A stretch of 64,000 bases of DNA, taken from contig JBAYVA010000001.1 in assembly GCA_041674805.1 (NCBI GenBank), positions 262,612 to 326,611 on the forward strand. Direction: 5' to 3'. Origin of the DNA: Candidatus Magasanikiibacteriota bacterium. GTDB lineage: Bacteria > Patescibacteriota > Patescibacteriia > Magasanikbacterales > UBA922. The notes beneath the pieces are model-generated. The model did not search any database. It was given only the letters and a program-made list of their open reading frames with translations, and was not told the origin of the DNA. Position numbers and translations under genes: made by a program. This document shows, in pieces, positions 1 to 10,036 of this stretch (position 1 is its first letter; every line of letters starts with the position of its first letter).

Positions 1-2
1 TG

Positions 3-599
3 AATAGTGCTGATTTGAATATTTGTGATGGTCACGGCATAAAATTTTTGTCAAAAGAACACCTAACTGTGATAAATGGTGTTGACTTTATGATAGATAT
101 CTGTAAAATAGCTGAACAAAAAAATTATACTGTTTTTTTCTTAGGTTCAGGAAATGAGGATGTTCTCAAAGAAATGAAAAAAAAATTACAAATAAAATTT
201 TTAAATTTGAAAGTAGTTGGTTTTGATCCAGGCTTGAATATTAAATTACAAAAAGATGGTTCTAGAAACATGCTGATACAATATGATAAACAAGAAAATA
301 TTCATATTTTGGAAATAATAAAAACCAGTCAAGCACAAATACTTTTTGTGGCGTTTGGTCACAACAAACAAGAAAAATGGATTGAAGAAAATATGTCAAA
401 ATTACCAAATGTAAAATTGTTTATGGGAGTAGGGGGCAGTTTTGATTTTATTTCTGGACAAGTAAAACGTGCTCCAAAGTTGATGAGAAAACTTGGTTTG
501 GAATGGTTGTATAGATTATTAAAACAACCAAAAAGATTTACAAGAATTTTCAAAGCAACTGTTATTTTTAGTTTTTTAAAATTATTTAGAAGAATGTAA
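3..599 (+). CDS. WecB/TagA/CpsF family glycosyltransferase (5'-truncated by window edge)
   Basis: Frame is open from the window start (NSADLNICDG); motifs LFVAFGHNKQEKWI, GVGGSFDF, RAP..LGLEWLYRL..QPKR are typical of TagA/WecG. Confidence 0.9.
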   Translation, partial: NSADLNICDGHGIKFLSKEHLTVINGVDFMIDICKIAEQKNYTVFFLGSGNEDVLKEMKKKLQIKFLNLKVVGFDPGLNIKLQKDGSRNMLIQYDKQENIHILEIIKTSQAQILFVAFGHNKQEKWIEENMSKLPNVKLFMGVGGSFDFISGQVKRAPKLMRKLGLEWLYRLLKQPKRFTRIFKATVIFSFLKLFRRM

Positions 600-667
600 T
601 ACAAAACTTTAGTCTTGGTATCCTTTGTGGTTAAGGACTAAAATTCTGAGTTACCTAATTTATTAAT

Positions 668-1429
668 ATGTTGGAAAAATCAGTAATTAAACACTTAAAT
701 AAGCTACAACAAAAGAAATTTCGTAAGGAAGAAAAAGAATTTGTGGTGGAAGGAATCAAAGGAGTTTCGGAAGCTCTAAATTCACAGATGGAAGTAATAC
801 TTATAGTCATTGATGGAAAATTACGTGAGGAAAAAGAATTTGCAGAAATTATAAGCAAAGCTGAAAGTGAAGATGTTCCTGTAACTTTTTGCGGAAGGCA
901 AGATATCGAAGATATAAAAGATACAGAAACTTTTCCTGGTGTTTTGGCAATTATAGAACAGAGAGAATCTACTATGGATAATTTTGAAGATGGTCCTATA
1001 ATTTGTTTGGAAAATATAAAAGATCCTGGAAATCTTGGAACTATTATTCGTACTGCTGATTGGTTTGGTTTCAAAAACATTTTGCTTTCAGAAGAAACCG
1101 TTGATATTTACAATCCAAAGACTGTTCGTAGTACTATGGGTTCAATTTTTCATTTGAACTTTTTTAGAGCTACAAGTGTCTTGAAGACTTTAGAAAAAAT
1201 AAAAGAAGAGTATGAATACAAATTGTATTCATTAGATCTAGAAGGTAATGATTATAAGACAATGAAGCCAGAGAACAAAGCTGTCTATATTTTTGGTAGT
1301 GAATCTCATGGTATTAGTCCTGATCTTGAAAAAATAATTGATAAGAGCTATACTATAGCAGGTTCAGGTGAAGCTGAATCTTTGAATGTAGCTGTTTCAG
1401 CAGCAATTATTATGTCTCAATTATCATAA
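668..1429 (+). CDS. TrmH/SpoU family RNA methyltransferase
   Basis: DPGNLGTIIRTA, FGSESHGIS and ESLNVAVSAAI SPOUT motifs. Confidence 0.93.
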   Translation: MLEKSVIKHLNKLQQKKFRKEEKEFVVEGIKGVSEALNSQMEVILIVIDGKLREEKEFAEIISKAESEDVPVTFCGRQDIEDIKDTETFPGVLAIIEQRESTMDNFEDGPIICLENIKDPGNLGTIIRTADWFGFKNILLSEETVDIYNPKTVRSTMGSIFHLNFFRATSVLKTLEKIKEEYEYKLYSLDLEGNDYKTMKPENKAVYIFGSESHGISPDLEKIIDKSYTIAGSGEAESLNVAVSAAIIMSQLS

Positions 1430-1453
1430 AATAAATCAGTATTATAAATACTT

Positions 1454-2914
1454 ATGATTAGAACACGTTTTGCACCAAGTCCAACAGGTTATTTGCATAT
1501 AGGTGGTTTGAGAACCGCTCTTTTTGCTTATCTTTTTGCCAAAAAAAATAATGGACAATTTTTAATTCGTATTGAAGATACTGATAGAGAACGTTTTGTT
1601 GAAGGTTCTCTTCAAAATATTTTGGATTCTTTTGACTGGTCAAATATTAAAATTGATGAGGGTGTTTTATTGGAAAATGGAGAAATAACACAAAAAGGTG
1701 ATAAAGGTCCTTATATTCAATCTGAAAGATTAGAAATTTATCAAAAATATATCAAAGAACTTCTTGAAAAAGGTCATGCTTATCATTGTTTTTGTACCAA
1801 AGAAAGATTGGATGAAATGAGAGTTGTTCAAGAAGCAAACAAACAAGCTACTGGTTATGATGGACATTGCCGTAATTTGACTAGCGAAGAAGTAGCTGTC
1901 AAATTAGCTAATGCTGAAAAATCAGTTATTAGAATAAAAATGCCAAATAGTGGTTTGACTGTAATTGAAGATTTGGTTCGCGGAAAAGTAGAATTCAAAA
2001 ATGAACTTTTTGATGATCAAGTTCTTATCAAATCAGATGGTTTTCCAACTTATCATTTTGCTGTGGTAGTAGATGATCATCTTATGGAGATTACTCATGT
2101 TATTCGTGCTGAAGAATGGTTGTCTAGTACACCAAAACACGTTGCTCTATATCAAATGTTTGGTTGGGAAATTCCTAAATTTGCACATTTATCATTGCTT
2201 ATCAATGAAAAGAAACAAAAACTTTCCAAACGTCATGGTGACGTCGCAGTAGGTGACTATGTCAAAAAAGGTTATTTGCCAGAAGCTTTTGTTAATTTTA
2301 TTGCTTTTCTAGGTTGGAATCCAGGTGATGACAGAGAATTTTTTACATTAAAAGAATTGGAACAAGAATTTGATTTTTCCAAAGTAGGCAAAGCACCTGC
2401 TGTTTTCAATATAGAAAAATTAAATTGGTACAACAAACAATATATTATGAAAATGTCTGCAGAAGAATTAGCTAAAATATGCGAAAAATTTTATATAGAA
2501 AAAAATATTGATACCAAAAATTTTGATTTGAGCAAAGTAGTAGTATTAGAACAGGGGAGAGCCAATACTTTGTTAGATATTGCTCAAAATACTGCTTTTA
2601 TTTTTGCTGATAGTTTGCAATATGATGCAGATTTATTAGTTTGGAAAAAATCATACAAAACACAAACTAAAGAAAAACTTATTTTGGCTCAAACTTATTT
2701 ACAAGATTATGTAGGCAATTGGATACGTGAAGAATTAGAAAGTAGTTTGATCAATTGGATAAAAGAAAATAATTTTGGTAATGGTGATGTGTTGTGGCCA
2801 ATACGAGTAGCTTTGTCTGGTTTACAAAATTCTCCAGGACCGTTAGAAATAGCGGCTGTACTTGGAAAAGAAAAAACTCTACAGAGAATACAACAAGCTG
2901 TAGATAAATTATAA
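1454..2914 (+). CDS. gltX: Glutamate--tRNA ligase
   Basis: RTRFAPSPTGYLHIGG, RIEDTD, PTYHFAVVVDD, KLSKR. Confidence 0.97.
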   Translation: MIRTRFAPSPTGYLHIGGLRTALFAYLFAKKNNGQFLIRIEDTDRERFVEGSLQNILDSFDWSNIKIDEGVLLENGEITQKGDKGPYIQSERLEIYQKYIKELLEKGHAYHCFCTKERLDEMRVVQEANKQATGYDGHCRNLTSEEVAVKLANAEKSVIRIKMPNSGLTVIEDLVRGKVEFKNELFDDQVLIKSDGFPTYHFAVVVDDHLMEITHVIRAEEWLSSTPKHVALYQMFGWEIPKFAHLSLLINEKKQKLSKRHGDVAVGDYVKKGYLPEAFVNFIAFLGWNPGDDREFFTLKELEQEFDFSKVGKAPAVFNIEKLNWYNKQYIMKMSAEELAKICEKFYIEKNIDTKNFDLSKVVVLEQGRANTLLDIAQNTAFIFADSLQYDADLLVWKKSYKTQTKEKLILAQTYLQDYVGNWIREELESSLINWIKENNFGNGDVLWPIRVALSGLQNSPGPLEIAAVLGKEKTLQRIQQAVDKL

Positions 2915-2960
2915 AAAAATCTAGGATAAAAATAAAAAACATGCTATAATAGTTACAATT

Positions 2961-4208
2961 ATGAAAAAGCATGTTTTTTTATTTATTTTAATCTTTGTGT
3001 CTGCGGTTTTTTTCAGACCTTTTTTTGTTTTTTCTGAGACTGAAGCTGGAGGTAACAAAGAAGAAATTGATGAATTAAACAAACAAATAAATGATAAGAA
3101 AAACAAAGTTAAAGAACTAGAAAAAACTATCAATGATTACAAATTAAAAATTGAAAAAACCAAATTAGAAGCAACTTCACTAGCTAATCAACTATCTATT
3201 TTAGACAATTATCTAACACAATTGGATTTAGATATACAAATAACACAAGAAAAAATAGATACAACGGCTTTAGAGATCAAAGAATTGGATTTTTCTATTG
3301 AAGATAAAGAACAAAATTTAGCAAAACAACAAAAAATGTTACGTGGTCTTATCCGTACTTTGTATTATGAAAACAACAAAAAATATATAGAAGTAATGGC
3401 AGCTTACGACAATTTTTCAGAATTTTATAATAGAGTACATTATGTTCAAAATTTAGAAAGAGAAATGGGCAAAAGTGCCAAGACTTTGCGTATTATCAAA
3501 GAAGAATTGGAAGCTAAAAAACAACAACGAGAAGATCAACAAAAGAGTTATCTTGCTCTAAAAGAAACTTTGGACAATAAGAAAAAAGATTTGGAAGAAC
3601 AAGCTAACTACAAACAAAATTTATTGGTAAAAACAAAATCTTCTGAAATGACTTTCAATACTTTGGTAAAAAATTTGAAAGGTGAATATCAAAGTTTAGA
3701 AAATGATATTACAAGTATAGAGAGCCAAGTTAGAAGAAAATTGGAAGCACAAAACAAAATAAGTAATACAGGTGACACTTCATCATTATTACCATTAGCT
3801 TGGCCAACTCAAAGTCGTTATATTACTGCTTATTTTTATGATAAAAATTATCCATACCGAAATATTTTTGAACATAATGCTATCGATATACGTGCGGCAC
3901 AAGGCACAGCTGTCCGAGTTGCAGCTTCTGGTTATGTAGCTAGAGCCAGAACTTGTTCTACAGCTAGTTGTTATGGTTATGTGATGATTGTACACTCTGA
4001 TGGCTTTTCTACAGTTTATGGACATTTGAGTTCAATACCAGTCGTAGCAGATCAATTTGTGACTCGTGGTGATATTGTTGGTTATTCTGGTGCTACACCT
4101 GGCACTGTAGGAGCTGGACCATTTACGACTGGTCCACATTTACATATGGAAGTTCGTAAAAATGGTATACCAGTCAATCCTCTAAATTACTTAGCTCAAG
4201 ATTACTAA
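2961..4208 (+). CDS. Secreted coiled-coil + M23 peptidase (EnvC/MepM-like peptidoglycan hydrolase or activator)
   Basis: N-terminal hydrophobic signal, long coiled coil, HNAID (HxxxD), YGHL, GPHLHMEVR. Confidence 0.88.
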   Translation: MKKHVFLFILIFVSAVFFRPFFVFSETEAGGNKEEIDELNKQINDKKNKVKELEKTINDYKLKIEKTKLEATSLANQLSILDNYLTQLDLDIQITQEKIDTTALEIKELDFSIEDKEQNLAKQQKMLRGLIRTLYYENNKKYIEVMAAYDNFSEFYNRVHYVQNLEREMGKSAKTLRIIKEELEAKKQQREDQQKSYLALKETLDNKKKDLEEQANYKQNLLVKTKSSEMTFNTLVKNLKGEYQSLENDITSIESQVRRKLEAQNKISNTGDTSSLLPLAWPTQSRYITAYFYDKNYPYRNIFEHNAIDIRAAQGTAVRVAASGYVARARTCSTASCYGYVMIVHSDGFSTVYGHLSSIPVVADQFVTRGDIVGYSGATPGTVGAGPFTTGPHLHMEVRKNGIPVNPLNYLAQDY

Positions 4209-4239
4209 TCCGCTCTACCAAAAAAAAGCGGATTTTTTT
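4207..4239 (+). terminator. Intrinsic terminator after M23 gene
   Basis: AATCCGCT...AGCGGATT stem followed by T run. Confidence 0.7.
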
Positions 4240-4253
4240 ATAATCATAACTAT

Positions 4254-4805
4254 ATGAAAAAAATCAAAATAAAAAAATCAAATAAAAAGTTTTTTAGTAA
4301 TAATATTATATTTTTTGATACAGAATTTAGTAATATAGATATTGAAAAAGGGGAGTTGATATCCTTAGCTCTAGTAAAGATGACTGGTGAAGAATTATAC
4401 TTAGAATTTGATTACAAAAAGAAAGAATTACATCCCTGGGTCAAAGAAAATGTAATACCATATTTGTCAGGGCATACTACCAAGAAAAAAGATGCTTTAA
4501 ACCAAATTTGGGATTTTGTCGGACGAGAAGGGGAGAAGCCATACTTGATGGCTTATGTTAATCAATTTGATAGTATTTATTGGTACAGATTATTTGCTGA
4601 TCCAAAAAATCATCCAGCATTTTGGATACCAATTGATTTTGCTTCAATACTTTTTTCTTTAGGTTATGATCCAGAAGTAATGAGAGACAAAGAATTCTTC
4701 AAAGAGTTAAAAATAGATACTAAAAAATACAACAAACATAATGCGCTTGATGACGCAAAACTTTTGGCTGAAACATTCAAAAAAATGAAGGCCCTCTCTC
4801 TCTAG
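4254..4805 (+). CDS. DEDDh 3'-5' exo(ribo)nuclease, RNase AS/DnaQ-like
   Basis: FFDTEF, HPWVKENVIP, HNALDDAK motifs. Confidence 0.8.
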   Translation: MKKIKIKKSNKKFFSNNIIFFDTEFSNIDIEKGELISLALVKMTGEELYLEFDYKKKELHPWVKENVIPYLSGHTTKKKDALNQIWDFVGREGEKPYLMAYVNQFDSIYWYRLFADPKNHPAFWIPIDFASILFSLGYDPEVMRDKEFFKELKIDTKKYNKHNALDDAKLLAETFKKMKALSL

Positions 4806-5392
4806 TGTCGCACAATGTAGTTGATAAAATTTAAACAATTTGAAAGGGGAGTAGAATAATTATACATTATATTTTGTTATTTTATTTTTATAATTTTAAA
4901 TTCAGCAATTTTAAATTTTAAAACAATTTTTTAATTTACAAATTTCAAAATTTTTTTGTTTATTTTATTTGAATTTATTTCTAAAATACTTTTTAAATAA
5001 TTTTAGAAAAAAACATTAAATTTAGTTATTAAGCCCAACAAAGATACGAGTCAGATAGGTTCTAAAATACTTGTACAAATTTTTTAATAAAAAAGACGAT
5101 ACTCTATACCTTGGTGTAATGAAGCCCTGTTTTGTAGTGTCGCAAAATATACTATATATTGGCTCAACCTAGCCAAAAAGATAGGTGAGTGATTACTATC
5201 ATCAATATCTACCTAGATACAACAATAAACACTTCAAATCAAGCAAAATCAAGTCATTAAAGTTATAATTATATATAAATTAATTAAAAAATAAATTTAA
5301 TTAGCTATAGTGTAAAAGCATATAAGTATTAAATAATGTAAGAATTGGTTATTAAATGATTATTAATAATTAAAACTTATTTTATATAGTAT

Positions 5393-5420
5393 ATGTCGTA
5401 TAAGGTACATTGTGCGACAT
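5393..5420. other. dif-like tyrosine-recombinase site (11-6-11)
   Basis: ATGTCGTATAA-GGTACA-TTGTGCGACAT: arms are inverted repeats (9/11), 6-bp spacer, located where gene orientation converges. Confidence 0.65.
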
Positions 5421-5557
5421 TGTATAAATAGAGCAAATTTGTAATAATTAATATACTTTTTATATTATCGTTGCTTCACTTCTCTACCTCAAGCTTTTGC
5501 TTACTTATAACTTTTGTTAGAATTTGATTCTTAAATAACTTCTTGTTTTTTACAAAC

Positions 5558-5675
5558 AAAAAACGGAAATAGAACTCCGTTTGATGCAGGCGACGACCGG
5601 GTAGTAAAAGGATGAAGACATCTGTCTTATCCCCCACTTCCCGGTCGCCACATGGATATATTGCTATACCCATTT
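5558..5675 (-). ncRNA. Unidentified structured small RNA candidate
   Basis: GC-rich island in AT-rich gap; GGGTATA-GCAA-TATATCC hairpin, ~60-nt long hairpin with G-U pairs on the minus strand, terminator AAACGGA..TCCGTTTTTT, upstream TTGACA at 5708-5703. Confidence 0.6.
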
Positions 5676-5729
5676 TATAGTTTAACTCTTAATATATTAT
5701 TTTGTCAATTGTATATAAATTTAGTTTTA

Positions 5730-6758
5730 TTATCGCCAATATATTCTATCAGAATAACGTAAATCTATATAATTAAAATTTGAATCGTTTTTCAATCTTT
5801 CTTTAAACAATTTATCTAAAATAAAGATTTGTTCATCTACATTATTATCTATTTTTGTTTTTACAAATGAGGCTTTGAATGTTTTTATAATCAAATCTTG
5901 TTTATTTTCTTCCAATAAAAAATATTTTAAAGGTAGTTTAGAATTAGTTTCAAAACTTTTAAACCAATAAATTATATTAGCAACATGTTCTTTTTTTAAA
6001 ACAACACTATTTATTTGAATATCTTCTATATGACTTTTATCATAAATAATGGGATAATTACCTAAATCTTTTTTGATAGCATTGATATCTGGTTCATGTA
6101 TTTTTCCTACTACTATGTCTATAGTAGATGTTGTACCATCGGAAGTACTAGTCACTACATTTTGTGTAATATTTTTCCATTCATAATCACTCACTTTACG
6201 CATTATTTCTACGACCTTACCATTCAAATCCAAATAAACATATTCTTTGCCATTATCATAAATTATAGTAGAAATTTTTTCTTGTATAATAATAAATAAT
6301 TTATTGGGAAAAGTTTTTTTGATAACAATTTTTTCAATAGGGTATCTTTCTTTCAAAATATCTTTCATTTCTTCTAAATTAGCCAATAAATAACTGTCTT
6401 GTGAGATAAAACCAAAAGTCTTGTAATTCATAATACCTTTTACAGTATCCTCAAATTCCATTTTTTTTATTCTCTGCAAACCTTCTATTTCGATATCGTT
6501 GATCTTAAAAAAAGAATGAAAAATTAAAATTAAAAAAATTGTAACAAAACTACAAATGATTATTGCTATTTTGATATAAAGACCTTTTTTACTATTTTCA
6601 TGAATGAAAGGGTTCACGACTTCTCTACCTTGCCAAGAAAAATCTCTTCTAGTTTTTTTGCTATTAAAAAAACCACTAAAAAAACTTTGTGTTTTTTTAA
6701 TTTTGTGCTTTAACTGTTTATGAAATTTATGATGATTTAATATTTTATTTATAGACAC
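5730..6758 (-). CDS. FtsQ/DivIB-type POTRA-domain membrane protein
   Basis: Single TM helix, then FFKINDIEIEG..KKTFPNKLFIIIQEK (POTRA) and C-terminal YIDLRYSDRIY. Confidence 0.75.
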   Translation of the reverse strand: MSINKILNHHKFHKQLKHKIKKTQSFFSGFFNSKKTRRDFSWQGREVVNPFIHENSKKGLYIKIAIIICSFVTIFLILIFHSFFKINDIEIEGLQRIKKMEFEDTVKGIMNYKTFGFISQDSYLLANLEEMKDILKERYPIEKIVIKKTFPNKLFIIIQEKISTIIYDNGKEYVYLDLNGKVVEIMRKVSDYEWKNITQNVVTSTSDGTTSTIDIVVGKIHEPDINAIKKDLGNYPIIYDKSHIEDIQINSVVLKKEHVANIIYWFKSFETNSKLPLKYFLLEENKQDLIIKTFKASFVKTKIDNNVDEQIFILDKLFKERLKNDSNFNYIDLRYSDRIYWR

Positions 6759-6779
6759 AGGCTTTTTTAAAAAAATAAA

Positions 6780-7805
6780 CTAGAATCCTCTTTTTTTGCT
6801 ACGTATAGTCTCAATAATCCAATTGAACCAATACTTCTTGCTAACGATATAATCATGCGCTGGTAAAAGATTTTTTTGAAAACCACCAAAACCTTTTTTG
6901 AAATGAGTAATACCTTTGAAAGGATGCTTGTCAGATGCATTATCCGGAGCTATTCCCCAAAAATTATAATATTTCATTCCTCTTCTTTTGGCTTCTTTGA
7001 TTGCTTCCCATTGTACTAAATAAGACGTTGGTAGCTTTTTGTTTTTTACTAGAGATGCACCATGACGATAAGCTGCTGAATTACCATAAAAATAAACAAC
7101 AGCGCCTGCATCTATTTTTTGATCTTCAGGTAAATATGCTTTGATCACTGAAACTTCATTATCTTTTTCAAAAGCTATAAATTCTTTTTCTAAATAATTA
7201 TTAGAAAAACGCACAAAATGATGTTTTTTGGCTGTGTGATCTAACAATGTATTGAATTCTTTTAGATCTTGTATTTCTTTAGAGAAAGTTATTTTAACTT
7301 TTTCTCGCAAACATCTATTTATCAAATTACGGTGATTTTTATTCATGTTAAATAATAATTTTTCTTCACTTAATGATAAATCAAGTAACCAAGAAGTCTC
7401 AGCTAAGATATGAATAGGTGCTTTTCTAAAACCAACTTGTTGATAAATTCTTTTATTTTCTTCTGATTCATCAATAAAAGGAGAAAATTTTATGAAATTA
7501 TATTTTTCTTTTTCTGCTTTGGCTTTCAAAAATTTCATTAATTCTGTTAAAACATTTTGATAATCCTTTCTAATTATTGGACCATAAGGAGCAAGTAAAA
7601 AGTTGCCACGTCTAGCATGAACACTAATAATCATTGATCCACCAATCAAAATATTATTTTCATAAATACCAATCAACCAATAATTTTCTCCCATAGATTT
7701 GTGAAACTCACCATTTTTGTAAGATTGTTTCATCAAAACATATTCTTCTTGTGAAAGAAATTCTTCCCATTCTTGTTTATTTGTAATTTCTTTTATATCG
7801 TACAT
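6780..7805 (-). CDS. FemABX family tRNA-dependent peptidoglycan bridge aminoacyltransferase
   Basis: APYGP, WLLDLS.SEEKLL..M.KNHR, QWEAIKEAK..G..YYNFWGI, FKKGFGG. Confidence 0.9.
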   Translation of the reverse strand: MYDIKEITNKQEWEEFLSQEEYVLMKQSYKNGEFHKSMGENYWLIGIYENNILIGGSMIISVHARRGNFLLAPYGPIIRKDYQNVLTELMKFLKAKAEKEKYNFIKFSPFIDESEENKRIYQQVGFRKAPIHILAETSWLLDLSLSEEKLLFNMNKNHRNLINRCLREKVKITFSKEIQDLKEFNTLLDHTAKKHHFVRFSNNYLEKEFIAFEKDNEVSVIKAYLPEDQKIDAGAVVYFYGNSAAYRHGASLVKNKKLPTSYLVQWEAIKEAKRRGMKYYNFWGIAPDNASDKHPFKGITHFKKGFGGFQKNLLPAHDYIVSKKYWFNWIIETIRSKKRGF

Positions 7806-7820
7806 AATTATTTTTTATTA

Positions 7821-8807
7821 CTATAACCCATTTATACTTAGTTTTTTTAGTTTTCTTAATTTTTGTAAAAAAGAAAAAAAATTATATTTGAAAGGTTGTA
7901 AAATTATTTCCAAAGCTTTAGGATAAGAGACTAATTGTCCGTTGAATCCTGCTTTGAATTTGGCAACTCCTGCCAAAGAATTTTCTTTTTTCCAGGTATA
8001 GTTGTGATGTGAATCTGCATCATTGCTCCCCTTTTCAGCTGGAGGTGCAATACCCCAAAAATCATAAAATTTACAATTATTTTCTTTGGCAAATTTTATT
8101 GCTTCAAATTGATTTAAATAAGGCGCCATCAAATTACGATGTTTGTTTGATGAAGCACCAAAGAGGTAAAACATACGTTCGTTATACTTGAGCAAAATAG
8201 TAGAAGAAAGTATTTCGTTTCCTAAGTAAGTATTTAATTGATAAACATTTTCCATTTCTAATAGCTTACTCAAATAATTTTTTTCATGACTTTTTATATC
8301 ATTACGTTTACTTGTCATTTCATTTAGTTGCCAATATTTATCAATATTTTTCTCCATTTTGGATGTTACTCCTCTTTTACTAGCTAATTTGATATTATAT
8401 CTAGTCTTACTATGCATTTCTTGTAATATTTTTTCTTCTGATTTATTCAAATCTAATATCCAACTATGTTCTGGTTGACGGTTTTTAACATTGATATAAT
8501 TTATTTCTTGCAAATTTATTTTTGATAAAAGTTCTACGCGCCAAAAAGTATAATTATTTTCTTGTAAAAATTTGTTTATTTCTAAAATAGCTTCTTTGTT
8601 TAAATCAACTCTTGCTACATAAAAAAATTTTAAACCAAACAATAAGGAAGTAATTACACCTTGAAATTGCCAAGTACCTTCGTTGTTCTGCAATTCATAG
8701 CGTACAACATTTTTACCATTATTTTTGAGAAGGTCACCATATTCCCAAGATTGCAAAAAATCAGGTTTAGTAGTCCAATCATTTTTTTGTAAAATTTCCT
8801 TTATCAT
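7821..8807 (-). CDS. FemABX family aminoacyltransferase (second paralog)
   Basis: FLQSWEYG, MHSKTRYNIKLA, YDFWGI, FKAGFNG. Confidence 0.9.
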   Translation of the reverse strand: MIKEILQKNDWTTKPDFLQSWEYGDLLKNNGKNVVRYELQNNEGTWQFQGVITSLLFGLKFFYVARVDLNKEAILEINKFLQENNYTFWRVELLSKINLQEINYINVKNRQPEHSWILDLNKSEEKILQEMHSKTRYNIKLASKRGVTSKMEKNIDKYWQLNEMTSKRNDIKSHEKNYLSKLLEMENVYQLNTYLGNEILSSTILLKYNERMFYLFGASSNKHRNLMAPYLNQFEAIKFAKENNCKFYDFWGIAPPAEKGSNDADSHHNYTWKKENSLAGVAKFKAGFNGQLVSYPKALEIILQPFKYNFFSFLQKLRKLKKLSINGL

Positions 8808-10033
8808 ACATTCTTATTTATCAATTCAGCTATTTTTTTAGCTTGGACAAAACTAATATCTTTGTTTGTTGGCAAGTTCAAAGTTTTTTTGGACAATTTT
8901 TCAGCATTAGGACAACTTCCTAATATATAACCTGACATTAATATATCAATGTCTTTTGGAGCAATGACTGTATCATACCAATTACCTAAAATAATTTTAT
9001 TTTCTTTTGCTATCTGTAATAATTTTTTTGGTTCATCTACTAATATTGTATAACGTAAAAAAATGTTATCATCTTTAATATTTGGTTTAATTATTTTTTC
9101 ATTTTGTAAAAGTTCATCATAAATTTTAGCTATTTCCTGACGGTGCTTATTTATTTCTTCTACTTTTGAAAACTGATGTAATAAAATTTTGGCCAAAGAA
9201 TTGGCGTATTTAGTAGGATAAAAACTGACTCTTCTCCCCTCTTTTTCTTGTTTGTACATTATTTTGGCTGATAAATTTATTTTTTTAGCTAACGCCAAAA
9301 TAAATTTACCAATTTTTATATCATAAAGTTTTTTTCCAATATAAAATATTGGAAAATTTATTAAATTTTGTTTTGTTTTTATCAATTTTGGTTCAGGTAA
9401 ACTTTTATTTAAAGATATTATTTTTTCAGCTAGTTTTGTATTGTTAGTAATAAGAGCACCACCACGAGAAGATGATATTATTTTATCACTACCAAAACTA
9501 AACATAGCAACATCTCCAAAAGTGCCAAGTAGTTTGTTTTGAAATCTAGCCCCAAAAGAATGAGCACAATCTTCTATTACTATTAAATTATTTTTCTTAG
9601 CTATTTCTAATAATTTTGGTAAATCAGCAGCTTTACCAAAGGTGTGTTGAATGATCAAAACTTTGGATTTAGTAGTGATTTTCTTTTCTAGGTCAATACA
9701 ATTCATGTTGAAATCATTGTTGACATCGACATAAATAGGTTTGGCACCAGACCAACTTATAGCATTACTCACTACCATACAAGTATAAGCTTGAACCAAA
9801 ACTTCATCATCAGGCTGAACTTCTATAGCTTCCAGAGCTTTTTGTAAAGATGTACGACCACTATCAAAAGTTATAGCATATTTACTACCAAAATAATTTT
9901 GTAACCATTTTTCTACTTCAATAACATTTTTTCCATTTTTAATAGAAAACCATTTCCAAGGTAATAATAAAAAAGATAAAGCAATGCTCACATCTTTTTT
10001 ATAAATGTTGGGATGAAATCCTGTAAAAATCAT
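8804..10033 (-). CDS. DegT/DnrJ/EryC1/StrS family PLP-dependent aminotransferase
   Basis: SGRTSL, IEDCAHSFGA, FSFGSDK (PLP lysine), LNLP. Confidence 0.88.
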   Translation of the reverse strand: MIFTGFHPNIYKKDVSIALSFLLLPWKWFSIKNGKNVIEVEKWLQNYFGSKYAITFDSGRTSLQKALEAIEVQPDDEVLVQAYTCMVVSNAISWSGAKPIYVDVNNDFNMNCIDLEKKITTKSKVLIIQHTFGKAADLPKLLEIAKKNNLIVIEDCAHSFGARFQNKLLGTFGDVAMFSFGSDKIISSSRGGALITNNTKLAEKIISLNKSLPEPKLIKTKQNLINFPIFYIGKKLYDIKIGKFILALAKKINLSAKIMYKQEKEGRRVSFYPTKYANSLAKILLHQFSKVEEINKHRQEIAKIYDELLQNEKIIKPNIKDDNIFLRYTILVDEPKKLLQIAKENKIILGNWYDTVIAPKDIDILMSGYILGSCPNAEKLSKKTLNLPTNKDISFVQAKKIAELINKNV

Positions 10034-10036
10034 AGT

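Noticed and set aside
4806-5419. IS element or MITE bounded by 14-bp inverted repeats
   Set aside because: No transposase remnant or target-site duplication seen; the right repeat is part of a complete 11-6-11 site, so a recombinase-site reading is preferred
5476-5673. 65-aa ORF in the ORF track
   Set aside because: It runs through extensive hairpins and a terminator and has no recognisable protein features; a structured RNA explains the sequence better
5558-5675. Assignment as SRP RNA, 6S RNA or tRNA
   Set aside because: No SRP helix-8 consensus, no large central bubble or 6S length, no cloverleaf or TTCGA loop
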